Assembly (NCBI GenBank): GCA_963738405.1
Contig: CAVTWJ010000020.1
Coordinates: 64,453-128,452 of the forward strand
Length of the DNA stretch: 64,000 bases
From: a candidate division FCPU426 bacterium
Lineage (GTDB): Bacteria > Oederibacteriota > Muellerivitia > Muellerivitales > Muellerivitaceae
Reading direction: 5' to 3'
The translations under genes were made by a program, and so were the position numbers. The notes below the pieces were generated by a model. The model was not told where the DNA came from, did no database searches, and saw only the letters and a program-made list of their open reading frames with translations. Positions 10,026-19,600 of this stretch are shown here, piece by piece. The stretch's first letter is position 1; each line of letters opens with the position of its first letter.

Positions 10026-10771
10026 TTCGTGTTCTTTTAGTGGATGATGAGGCGCCTGCCCGCGCCCGGCTGGCGAGGCTCCTGGCGGATATTTCGGATA
10101 TACAGGTCGTGGGTGAATCTTCCAACGGCCTGGAGGCTCTGACGGCGGCCCAGGAACTCAAGCCGGATTTGGTGTTTCTGGATATTGAGATGCCCGAACT
10201 GAACGGCTTGGAAGTGGCCGAGACCTGGGCAGGGAACGGACCCGCGGTGGTTTTTGTGACCGCCTATACAGAACACGCCTTGAGGGCTTTCGAGGTTTCG
10301 GCCCTCGATTATTTGGTGAAACCCGTGGCATCCGAAAGATTATTGGAGGCTTTGGAAAAAGTGCGCAAGCAGAAGGCGCAACCGGGTTTGGAACAATTCC
10401 AATCTTTCTTGGAAAAATTCCAAGAGAAAAAAGTGAAGCGCCGTATGGCGATCAAATGCGGCTCCAAATACCGGGTTTTGGACCCGGAAAAGGTGACGGC
10501 TTTGGTGGCGAAGGACCATTACGCCGCCCTGTTGGTGGAAGGTCAGGAAATATTTTGCGACGACAGCTTGGATCATCTGGCTCAAAGACTGGATCCCTCC
10601 CGTTTTTTGAGGATTCACCGCGGAGCCGTGATCAATCTGGATTTTCTTAAGGAACTGGAGCATCAAGGGGACCGGAAATACTTGGCGGTCCTTTCCGATG
10701 TCGCTAAAACCAAGCTGCCCGTCAGCCGGGAAAGGCTGGACGAGTTAAAGGAAAGGCTGGGTCTTGGATAG
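10022..10771 (+). CDS. LytTR-family response regulator
   Basis: REC domain (VDDE, FLDIEMP, FVTAY, YLVKP) plus LytTR domain (FLRIHRGAVIN, LPVSRER). ATGA overlap with the kinase. Confidence 0.95.
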   Translation: MIRVLLVDDEAPARARLARLLADISDIQVVGESSNGLEALTAAQELKPDLVFLDIEMPELNGLEVAETWAGNGPAVVFVTAYTEHALRAFEVSALDYLVKPVASERLLEALEKVRKQKAQPGLEQFQSFLEKFQEKKVKRRMAIKCGSKYRVLDPEKVTALVAKDHYAALLVEGQEIFCDDSLDHLAQRLDPSRFLRIHRGAVINLDFLKELEHQGDRKYLAVLSDVAKTKLPVSRERLDELKERLGLG

Positions 10772-13700
10772 GATTTTTTTTTCTCATGGCTCCAGACCCT
10801 TCAAGTGGGCCCTGCTTATCTTTTTGGCGGTGGTTCCGCCGGGGTTTGCCCAAACCCCGATTTCAACCCCGGCCACACCTGATCCCAACTTAAAAACTTT
10901 AAGTCCAGGGGAAGAAATCCAGATTCTCCAAGCGATTGATTCCCAGAATAAGGGCTCGGGGTCAACGACCCTCGACCCTTCCGGCCCCATTACGACCGTG
11001 CAAAACCAAACCAGCCCGGTTTCCACTCCCGGGGCCGGTCAGCCGATCGCCTCGCCCGTTATTCCTTCATCAACCGTGACGGTCTCCGCTCCCGCAGGAC
11101 CGCCCCCGATTCCGACGGGTCTCAGTGTTTTGGTCCTAAAAGAAGGCGTTTATCTCGCGTGGGACGCGTCCTCTCCTTCCGCTAGCACGGTTTCTTACAA
11201 TGTTTACCGTTCGACAACCCCTGGTACGGGGTACCGGCAAATCAACCTGAGAACCCAGACTGCGCCCTATTTTCTCGACGGGGTCCCCTCCAGCAGTTCA
11301 CCCCCTAAAAACGGCGAGAATTATTTTTACGTAGTGGCGGGCGTAGATTCACAGGGGCGGTTAAGCGATTATTCGGATGAGGTTTTCGTTGCGCCCCTGG
11401 GAATGGAAATTCCCGAAACGGCGGAAGAAAAGGCCGAAGAGGCCAAAAATGGTGCCGTGACCGGGGCGCCTAAGGAAACGGAACAAGAACTCAATATCCC
11501 TGAGCAAAAAATCGTAAATCTACAGCTTCCGGCCGATACCCAGCTTTCCATTCAGGGCTATAAGAAGATCGAGGCCGATTTTTCGTTCCAACACTTCACC
11601 CACCCGCAGGGCAGCAGCGCGTCCGACAACAATACCACCCTGGTGAACCAGGAGATGGTTGTGAACTTGGAAGGGAAGGTTGGGAAAAATGTGGATGTGC
11701 ATGTCGACTACAGTGATGTCAACCGGGCGGGAGGGGTGGACCAAAGCAAACAGGAAATTTCAATCGTGTACCACGGTGAAAGCGACAGCCCAGTTCAGGA
11801 AGTGGCTTTTGGCGATTTGCAGATGAACCTTCCCAACACGGAATTCGCGGGTTTCAGCAAACAGCTTTTTGGGCTTCAGGCCAAGTTGAAATTTGATAAT
11901 TTCCGGGTCACCTCCTTTTTCGCCCAAACCAAAGGTATCGCGGAGACCCGGGTGTTCAACGGCAACACGGGGCAGGTGGATAAGGTTTTCAACGACATTG
12001 ATTACATCAGGGAAAGATATTTTCTGATTACCAAAGAATTCATTCCGAGCGTCAACGCGGGGGTCACCCAAAACCTGGCCCTGCCCCAGCCGAACAGCGA
12101 ACAAATTTGGGTCAATGCCGGGACGGGTCAGTCCGTTTTTGCCATTGGGAATAATTTTATCGGGCCCTATGAGCACTGGCTTCCGGGCCGGGACTACACC
12201 ATCGATTACAACACTGGCATCATTACCTTTATTAGGGCCTTATCGACCAGCGCCCAGATTGTGGTGGGCTTTACCAACAAGAATAACGTCAACCACGGCT
12301 TGAACGTTTATGGGACGACCCCCGCGAGCATCACTCCCATTTTAAGTAATTCCAATGATATTGCCCAATTCCAGGTTCCTCCAACAGGCATCATTGATGA
12401 TCCCAAATTCGCTCCCTTCGACATTTTGATCAAGAACAACAACAACACCACCAGTTCCCTTTATTTGGTGAATTATTTCGACTTGGGCCGGGACAAGATT
12501 ATTCCCCCCCAGCAAGACCCTAATTTCGTTTTTCAAGTCGTGGATCAGGGCACTAACAACGTGCTGCAGACCGGGCAGGGAGGTTTGGGAAGTTCTTCGG
12601 CACCCTGGGCCTTTGTCATGAATCAGGATTTCAACTACCTGGTGGTCAGCAATATGAACAACGCTAATGTGACTGTTTCCGCAGGGGTGACGGCCAATTT
12701 CGCGGAAAGGGCTTTCGTGGACCCCAACGTCGACCCCGCCCTTGGCACCTCCGCGAACGGCATTTACGATGAAGTGACGGTTCCCAACAGCCTCAAGCGG
12801 ATTCACTTGGTCTATAAAACCCAGCTCAATTATTTTCAGCTCAATCGATTTAACATTATCCGCGGTTCGGATACGGTCTTTTTGGACGGGCGAAGATTGC
12901 GCCGGGATGTGGATTACACTTTGGACTATACTTCGGGTTTTCTCGATTTTCCGGATAAAAGCATATTGCGCCCTGACAGCCAATTGGTGATTTCCTATGA
13001 ATACGCCCCTTTTGGTTCCTTTAACCAAAACAACATATTGGGAACTCGGATCGAATACGACGTCAACGATCACCTGTTTATTGGGTCCACCTTTTTGAAT
13101 TCCACAAGCCAACAACCCCAGGATATGCCTCAAATCGGCTCCACTCCTGATTCGCTGACGGTACTCGACGCGGATTTCAAATACGATTTAGGCCAAGATG
13201 ATTTGCAGAACATCACTGGTCTTATTCCCGGCCTTTCTGATTGGAAGCCGCCGGTGAGTGTCAAGATTTCCGGTGAAATTGCCGAAAGTTATTTCAATCC
13301 CGATACCTATAACATGCAGGGGGAACAAGGCGTTGCCATGGTCGATAACATGGAGGGCATCGATAATAACAGTGGGCCCAATATGAATTCGGCCAATTGG
13401 ATCGCCTCCTCCGAACCCCAACCGGTGGGCTTTTTGGGGAATACGACTTATGACAGCAGTGACACCCCGGCCAATAACCGTATCCGTTTCAGAAACGGCC
13501 CCGTCACTTTCGGGACAGCTCCTGTTACCTCAACTATACCTGGCGCGGGCGGCCATATTTTCGCCGGAGTTTTGGGTGGTTCGGGTACCAATAATGAACC
13601 GGACGCCATTCCAGTGCTTCAGGTGCCCTATGCCAATCTCACGAATCAGACCTGGGGGGGTGTCAGGCAGACCCTCTCTGCCACGGGCCTGGATCTTTCC

Positions 13701-16670
13701 AACACCAATTACATGCAGGCTTGGGTCTATAACGACGGCAACCCGAAGTGGATCATGATGGATTTTGGCGTCATGAGCGAAGCCAATAATGTGGACCAGA
13801 GCGAAGCAATCGAGGCGGAGCAGCTTCCCCTGACACCCGCGACGGATATAGGGCTTTTAACCAATTATTTCATCCCGGGAGGAGGCGTTTCACAAGTGGG
13901 AGGTTCCGGAATTTCGATCACTGACGAGCCCAATGGAACCCAGGAGGGAGCCAATAACAACATCCTCGACACGGAGGACACCAATGCCAACGGAATTTTA
14001 GATACCCAAGACGCCTATTACGAATATGGAATTCAAGCGAACTGGAAGGGATGGCAGATCGTCAAAATACCCGTTAATTTCACCCAGCCGGACGGCATCT
14101 ATCAGACGGATCAACAGGTGAATTATTTTTTTCACACCCAAAGCCCATTCGCGACTCCTTCCTTGATTCGGACGATTAGGTTTTGGATGACTGGACAATC
14201 GGCCGCTCCCACGAGCGGTTACGTTCTGTTTGAAAACATCCAATTCAACCGAAATCTCTGGCAGTTACAGGTCGACCCGACAGCCAATATCAATCAGGGG
14301 GTGACGGTTAATACCAGTAAATTTGACGTCAATTCCATTAGTCAGGACCAGGACCCGGGGTATGTTGCCACTGACCGGTTCATAGTTATTCCCCAAGGGA
14401 CGTCTGATTCTTCCATTCTCGCAAAAGAAAAAGCCCTAAAAATCACCTACAACCTTTCCTCCGCGGACTTTAATCCACCCGGTGACGTGTCCGGGGAACC
14501 CATTTATTACGCGACCCGCTATTTCAACCAGGGTGTGGATTTTACGGATTACTCAAACCTTGCCATGGATATTTATGTCCGGACCCCCAATGTCCAACCT
14601 GGTGAAATCCTTTTTATGCGTATAGGAAATGACCAACAGAATTATTACCAATACAACATGCCCCTTTTGTCCCAGTACGCGGGGGGATGGAATACCATTT
14701 CGGTGCACATCGACGGCTCGGACGGCAACCGACAGACCGTCGGCACCCCCTTCATTAACCGTGCAACCCAGATCAGTTTTGGCGTCCTTTCTCCCAATCC
14801 CCCCAACGGCCTGACAAAGGAAATTTGGATCAATAACCTGCGGACAAATAACCCGAACCAGAGGTCCGGCTTGGCCCGTCGTGCCAACGCCGCTTTTGTA
14901 CTTGGCAACAACTTTGCGACGGTTAATACCCGATACCGGGAGGTGGACTCGGGTTTCACCCAAATCGACCAAACTTCAAATCATTTTCAACATTCCACTC
15001 AATATGGGGTGGACTATACTTCTAACGCAGTAAGCGTTTTTGGGCAGCCCTTGGCGACCCAAATGTCCTACACCAACCAAGACAACTACACCGAAGCGGC
15101 TCTTCTGCAAAACCCCTATTACAGCGCTTTGCCCCATACCCAATCGGAAAATACAACGGGGTCCATTACCTATACAAAAGACTTAGGAGCCGCTTGGGGC
15201 CGTTTGACGAATGTTCGTGTCTCCGAAAGCACCTACTCGGAGAACGACACCTACCAATCCGCATACCTTTCTCAGCCTGGCATTCAGGGGGACACACAAA
15301 AAGGGAATCAAACCTATACGGTTGCCTCTACCTACGACGCTCCCACCCAACTGTTCGGTTTTCCGGTTGGTTCCAACCAATTTTCGGAGACGGATATCCT
15401 AACCATCGATACTCAAAACTTTTCCAATTCCTCTCAGCCCCTTGTGCCCTACAGTCGAACCACAAAAAATCAGACCTACGGCTGGACCAACACCACCGAA
15501 ATATTCAAGAACCTCATTTTTACGCCGGGATATAACCTAAATCTGGTGGACGCAGTGGGGAACACGAATTCGCCTGGCGTGGCCGGTAGCGTGACTCAAT
15601 TCACCAATTTCCAGGAAAGGGACCAGCCCAAGGGAGGGTTAACCTACCGGGGAATTCCCGGGGTCATACCGGCTGTGAACTATACCGGTTCGGAGCAGAT
15701 TGACAATGTCAGCTACACGGAGGGTCCCCGGCTCAACAATTCCAACAGCATCAATTATTCCCTGAATCTTTCTCCGTCACTTTGGTGGGATCCCTTCCAA
15801 AAGATTGGGTTGACGGCCTTTGCGGGCCGAACGGAAAGCGCGTCAGCGGCGATCCCCAATTTCCGGGCGGTCCGACCCTTGAGTTTTCAGGAGATATGGC
15901 TGATCGCCCCGCCGAACGATATCGCCTTGAATTCGACCAAATCCCTTACCGATCAGATCAATTTCAGTTTCAGGCTTTTTGATTTCTGGGACTTCAAACC
16001 CACGGGGTCCTGGACCACCCAGTTCAACCTGTTGTCGGCCGGAACCAACCCGGTGGAACAAGACAGTGATACCCTTGGTTTTACAACCGTCTTCAACCAT
16101 AAACTCGCCACTTTGCCTTACCTAAACTTTGGGTTGGATTCCGCCCAATTCCAGTACACCCGCACCGATTCAACGCAATGGGACACCCAAAGCCCGCCCC
16201 AGATTTCAGGCCAGACGACCAATGAAACCTATTCTTTTACGGTTCCCTACGACATCGCCCAATTAGCCACTGGGAATTTTCATTATCAGCATATGGACGG
16301 TTTTACCAACACCAGCGGTATTCTGACGACCCAGTTGGATGACCAAGCCTCGGTGGAGTACAACCAAAAATTTCTCGAAAACACAATTCTGCACATTCCC
16401 TTTACCCATTGGAAAATAAAATTTGATCAGGCGATCGAATTGCGCCTCGTGTTTTTGACGGAGATCGTGAATAACGAAAGCCCGGCCTACCAGCTCAACG
16501 ATCTTCAGACCGAAAGGTATCGTGGTACACTCACGTTGAATTACAACGCTTTGAAGAATTTAAGGGTCGGCTTGGGCGGGGTCTACGAGGTATTTGACGA
16601 GGACAAACCCTATCAATACTTAAGTTACGACATGTGGCAGATTAATATTTCCGGCGAAGCGAGATTTTAA
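10764..16670 (+). CDS. sprA: SprA-like giant outer-membrane beta-barrel (T9SS translocon homolog) with N-terminal Fn3 domain
   Basis: Signal peptide. SprA-type segments include 'VVNLEGKVG...ISIVYHGESDSPVQEVAFGDLQMNLP..FAGFSKQLFGLQAKLKF', two 'GSD/E.V...DYT(I/L)DY..G' repeats, 'ILGTRIEYDVNDHLFIGSTFLN' and DTEDTNANGILD. The long beta-strand C-terminus ends in Phe. Confidence 0.8.
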   Translation: MDRIFFSHGSRPFKWALLIFLAVVPPGFAQTPISTPATPDPNLKTLSPGEEIQILQAIDSQNKGSGSTTLDPSGPITTVQNQTSPVSTPGAGQPIASPVIPSSTVTVSAPAGPPPIPTGLSVLVLKEGVYLAWDASSPSASTVSYNVYRSTTPGTGYRQINLRTQTAPYFLDGVPSSSSPPKNGENYFYVVAGVDSQGRLSDYSDEVFVAPLGMEIPETAEEKAEEAKNGAVTGAPKETEQELNIPEQKIVNLQLPADTQLSIQGYKKIEADFSFQHFTHPQGSSASDNNTTLVNQEMVVNLEGKVGKNVDVHVDYSDVNRAGGVDQSKQEISIVYHGESDSPVQEVAFGDLQMNLPNTEFAGFSKQLFGLQAKLKFDNFRVTSFFAQTKGIAETRVFNGNTGQVDKVFNDIDYIRERYFLITKEFIPSVNAGVTQNLALPQPNSEQIWVNAGTGQSVFAIGNNFIGPYEHWLPGRDYTIDYNTGIITFIRALSTSAQIVVGFTNKNNVNHGLNVYGTTPASITPILSNSNDIAQFQVPPTGIIDDPKFAPFDILIKNNNNTTSSLYLVNYFDLGRDKIIPPQQDPNFVFQVVDQGTNNVLQTGQGGLGSSSAPWAFVMNQDFNYLVVSNMNNANVTVSAGVTANFAERAFVDPNVDPALGTSANGIYDEVTVPNSLKRIHLVYKTQLNYFQLNRFNIIRGSDTVFLDGRRLRRDVDYTLDYTSGFLDFPDKSILRPDSQLVISYEYAPFGSFNQNNILGTRIEYDVNDHLFIGSTFLNSTSQQPQDMPQIGSTPDSLTVLDADFKYDLGQDDLQNITGLIPGLSDWKPPVSVKISGEIAESYFNPDTYNMQGEQGVAMVDNMEGIDNNSGPNMNSANWIASSEPQPVGFLGNTTYDSSDTPANNRIRFRNGPVTFGTAPVTSTIPGAGGHIFAGVLGGSGTNNEPDAIPVLQVPYANLTNQTWGGVRQTLSATGLDLSNTNYMQAWVYNDGNPKWIMMDFGVMSEANNVDQSEAIEAEQLPLTPATDIGLLTNYFIPGGGVSQVGGSGISITDEPNGTQEGANNNILDTEDTNANGILDTQDAYYEYGIQANWKGWQIVKIPVNFTQPDGIYQTDQQVNYFFHTQSPFATPSLIRTIRFWMTGQSAAPTSGYVLFENIQFNRNLWQLQVDPTANINQGVTVNTSKFDVNSISQDQDPGYVATDRFIVIPQGTSDSSILAKEKALKITYNLSSADFNPPGDVSGEPIYYATRYFNQGVDFTDYSNLAMDIYVRTPNVQPGEILFMRIGNDQQNYYQYNMPLLSQYAGGWNTISVHIDGSDGNRQTVGTPFINRATQISFGVLSPNPPNGLTKEIWINNLRTNNPNQRSGLARRANAAFVLGNNFATVNTRYREVDSGFTQIDQTSNHFQHSTQYGVDYTSNAVSVFGQPLATQMSYTNQDNYTEAALLQNPYYSALPHTQSENTTGSITYTKDLGAAWGRLTNVRVSESTYSENDTYQSAYLSQPGIQGDTQKGNQTYTVASTYDAPTQLFGFPVGSNQFSETDILTIDTQNFSNSSQPLVPYSRTTKNQTYGWTNTTEIFKNLIFTPGYNLNLVDAVGNTNSPGVAGSVTQFTNFQERDQPKGGLTYRGIPGVIPAVNYTGSEQIDNVSYTEGPRLNNSNSINYSLNLSPSLWWDPFQKIGLTAFAGRTESASAAIPNFRAVRPLSFQEIWLIAPPNDIALNSTKSLTDQINFSFRLFDFWDFKPTGSWTTQFNLLSAGTNPVEQDSDTLGFTTVFNHKLATLPYLNFGLDSAQFQYTRTDSTQWDTQSPPQISGQTTNETYSFTVPYDIAQLATGNFHYQHMDGFTNTSGILTTQLDDQASVEYNQKFLENTILHIPFTHWKIKFDQAIELRLVFLTEIVNNESPAYQLNDLQTERYRGTLTLNYNALKNLRVGLGGVYEVFDEDKPYQYLSYDMWQINISGEARF

Positions 16671-16671
16671 G

Positions 16672-19600
16672 ATGGCTTTTTCACTGGGAAAGGGAAGGGG
16701 ATATGAAGTGATGGGGCGTAAACGAAATCTACTTACCGCGAATGCGGCCCTTTGGGTGGCGCTTTTGGCCCATTTTGGACAGTGCCAATCCCTTCCCGCC
16801 CCGACAGGTCTTGCGGCAACTCCTGGAAACGGGGTGGTCAATCTATATTGGAACCCTCTGCCATCGGCCACGGCCTTTTTCATTTATCGGGACGAATATG
16901 GAACACCGACCTATAGCTTTACCCCAACGCCCAGTTTTACCCCTACTTTTACGGGTTCGCCAACCGATGCGACGACCGACACGACGACCCCGACCTATTC
17001 TCCGACCGGAACTCCCACTCCGCTGGCCACGGTTTTGGCCTCGGGCCAAGCTTCCTTAACCGATTTTCAGGTAGTGAATGGTGATTCCTATGTTTATACC
17101 GTCTTGGGGTTAGATTCTTCCGGTAATTTAGGCGCTCCCGCCACAACGGTCGTTAACCCTTTCGCGCCGCCCCAGGCCATCTCAACTTTAACCGTCCAGC
17201 CGCTCCATGCAGGGGCTTTGGATCTTTCCTGGCCTCTCCCTCTTTCTTCATACCCTGTGACAGGTTACGCCATCTATCGCTTGGCCATCACCTTTACTCC
17301 GAATCCATCGGGCACGCCTACGCCCACACCCAGCTTTACTCCAACGCCCTCTTATACCCCGACCGTCACCTTTTCCCCGACCCTTACCCTGCCCGCAGGA
17401 ACCTATACCTCCACCCCTGGCAATACCTATACCTTTACCAATACCTTTACCCCCACCATAACTTCATCGCCAACGCCCAGCTTTACCCCCACCGCAACTT
17501 TTGAACCGACGCGCATACTTGCTTCGGATGTTATTTCCCAAGGGGCATTGATCGGAAATTCCTCAGGCACATCTTTTTCGGACCAGCCTCAGCCCTTGGG
17601 CCCAGGGGAATATTATTACGTGGCAATCGCGGAAGACGCGAACGGTAACCCCGGGGCTATCCCAACCTATTCCAGCATTCCTAATTGCCCTCAATTGTCA
17701 AAACCCTTTGCCCCGGCCTTGTCGGGGAATTTAATCTTATCGGTTACCCCGACGCCCACCAATGGAATGCTTTATGGGGTTAGGCTTCAATGGACGGGAC
17801 CCTTGGCTTCGGAAGGAGTGACGGCTTACCAGGTGTTTGCAAACGGAACGCCCCTTGCGACGGTGGTGGTCAGCCCAACGCCTCAGGTGACCTGTGTTTA
17901 TGACGATCAAAGCGTCCCCTATTCAGCAAGCCAGGCCAACCAAACCCAATACTCGGTAGCGGCGGTTAACGGTAATGGGGCGGTGACATCCAATTCCATT
18001 TCAGAAAATATTTATGAGCCTATTCTTTATGGGCCGATCCAAGTCACCCCGGTAGCTGCCGCCAATAACGTCACCATCAGTTGGAATCAGGCCCTGCCGG
18101 GGACCTATGGACTGGCCGGGTATCAAATATTCAAAAGCTCAAACGGTATCCCTGGGACAGGCACCCAATCACCCACTCCCTTGCCCATGGCCAATATTGG
18201 CATTACGCCGGGAGTCACGCCGACTTTGGTTTATGTGGATTCGCCCGTTACCAACGCCTGGGGGCTCAGTTATTGGGTTCAGCCCTATGCGGCCGTGACA
18301 ACCGGAGGTGTTTTTGCGGGGGCGACACCCTCTTTATTAGATATCGGCCCTACTCCTGTCGCGACGGTATCCGTTGCGGTAACCACTGGAAACAATGCAT
18401 TCGCGGTGACTTGGTCTGGGGCTGAAACCGGTTTTTACGGAACTCCGGTGGCTTACAAGGTCTACCGGGAATACACAAACGCCTCCAGCCCCACGCCGGT
18501 GGCGACAGTGTCTTATTCCCAAACAAACTATACCGATTACGCGAATGGGGTTTCCCTGAGCACCAGCATGAACTATCAGGTATCGGTTTTGGATCATTTA
18601 GGAAATCCATCCGATCTTTCACCATTTTCTAATGCTGTGGTTTCATCCTCCGCTTCCGCGCCGGGTCTTCCCTTGCAGCCCTTTGGGTTGCCGGTGCTGG
18701 GTGGCCCCATTACTCTGACTTATTCCTGGCTGTTGAACCCTCTTTCGGACGGGGTAACGGCTTACAACCTATATGGGCCTGATTATTTAACTCCAGCCCC
18801 CAACACCCCTACGCCCGTGGCTATCTATGCCCCAACCACCACTCCCACCTTTGAGGTTCCGGCCACGCCTTGGGCGGTGAATAACTATTATGTCGTGGCG
18901 CAGAATCAAACAGGGAATAGCACGCCCACGAACCTTTCAAGCCTTGCCGTATCCCAATACTCGGTTTCGGCGGGTGTTCCTGTTCCGACCCAGGCCGTGA
19001 CCCTCTCCTGGAATTTTACCGTACCTACGACTACCCCGGCGCCTCTTGATAGCTTTGATGTTTACCGATCGGTGACCCAGGGGTCGCAGTTTACTTCTCT
19101 GGCGGTTGTTCCTTATCCAACCATGGTTTATACGGACAATACGGCTTCGGCGGGCCAATCCTTTTATTACCGGGTAACCGCAAGGTCAAACGGGGTTGAA
19201 AGCTCTTTGTTTCCCGACATGACACCGGCACCCGAGGCAGGGGCCTTTACTTGGCCCAACGCTCCGGCCAGCCTATTGGCCAATGGGGCGGTTTCTGAAA
19301 CTACTCTTACCTGGGTTTCTAACCCTGTAACAGAAGGAGTGCAATTTTATACGGTGTACCAAAACGGAACGCCTGTCGCCACGGTGACTCCGGCGCCTGT
19401 TTCGGTCCTTAATTCGGTAACCGTTCCTGATTTTCCGGGCGCTGGAACGGGATATCAGGTTGTGGCTCAAAGTCCAGAGGGCAATTCATCAGCGGCCCCG
19501 GCTTCCGTTTTGCTTTCTTTTAGTTCGGGGCCGATCCTCGACCTGACGCCCCCTCCAGGATTTACCCCGACGCCTAATGTCACCCCAGCTTATCCACCGG

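Noticed and set aside
10764..10870. Bacteroidota-type Q-rule (Gln after signal cleavage in the SprA-like, Fn3 and 54356 proteins)
   Set aside because: Only about three of eight predicted secreted proteins show it, and the cleavage sites are guessed, so it is too weak.
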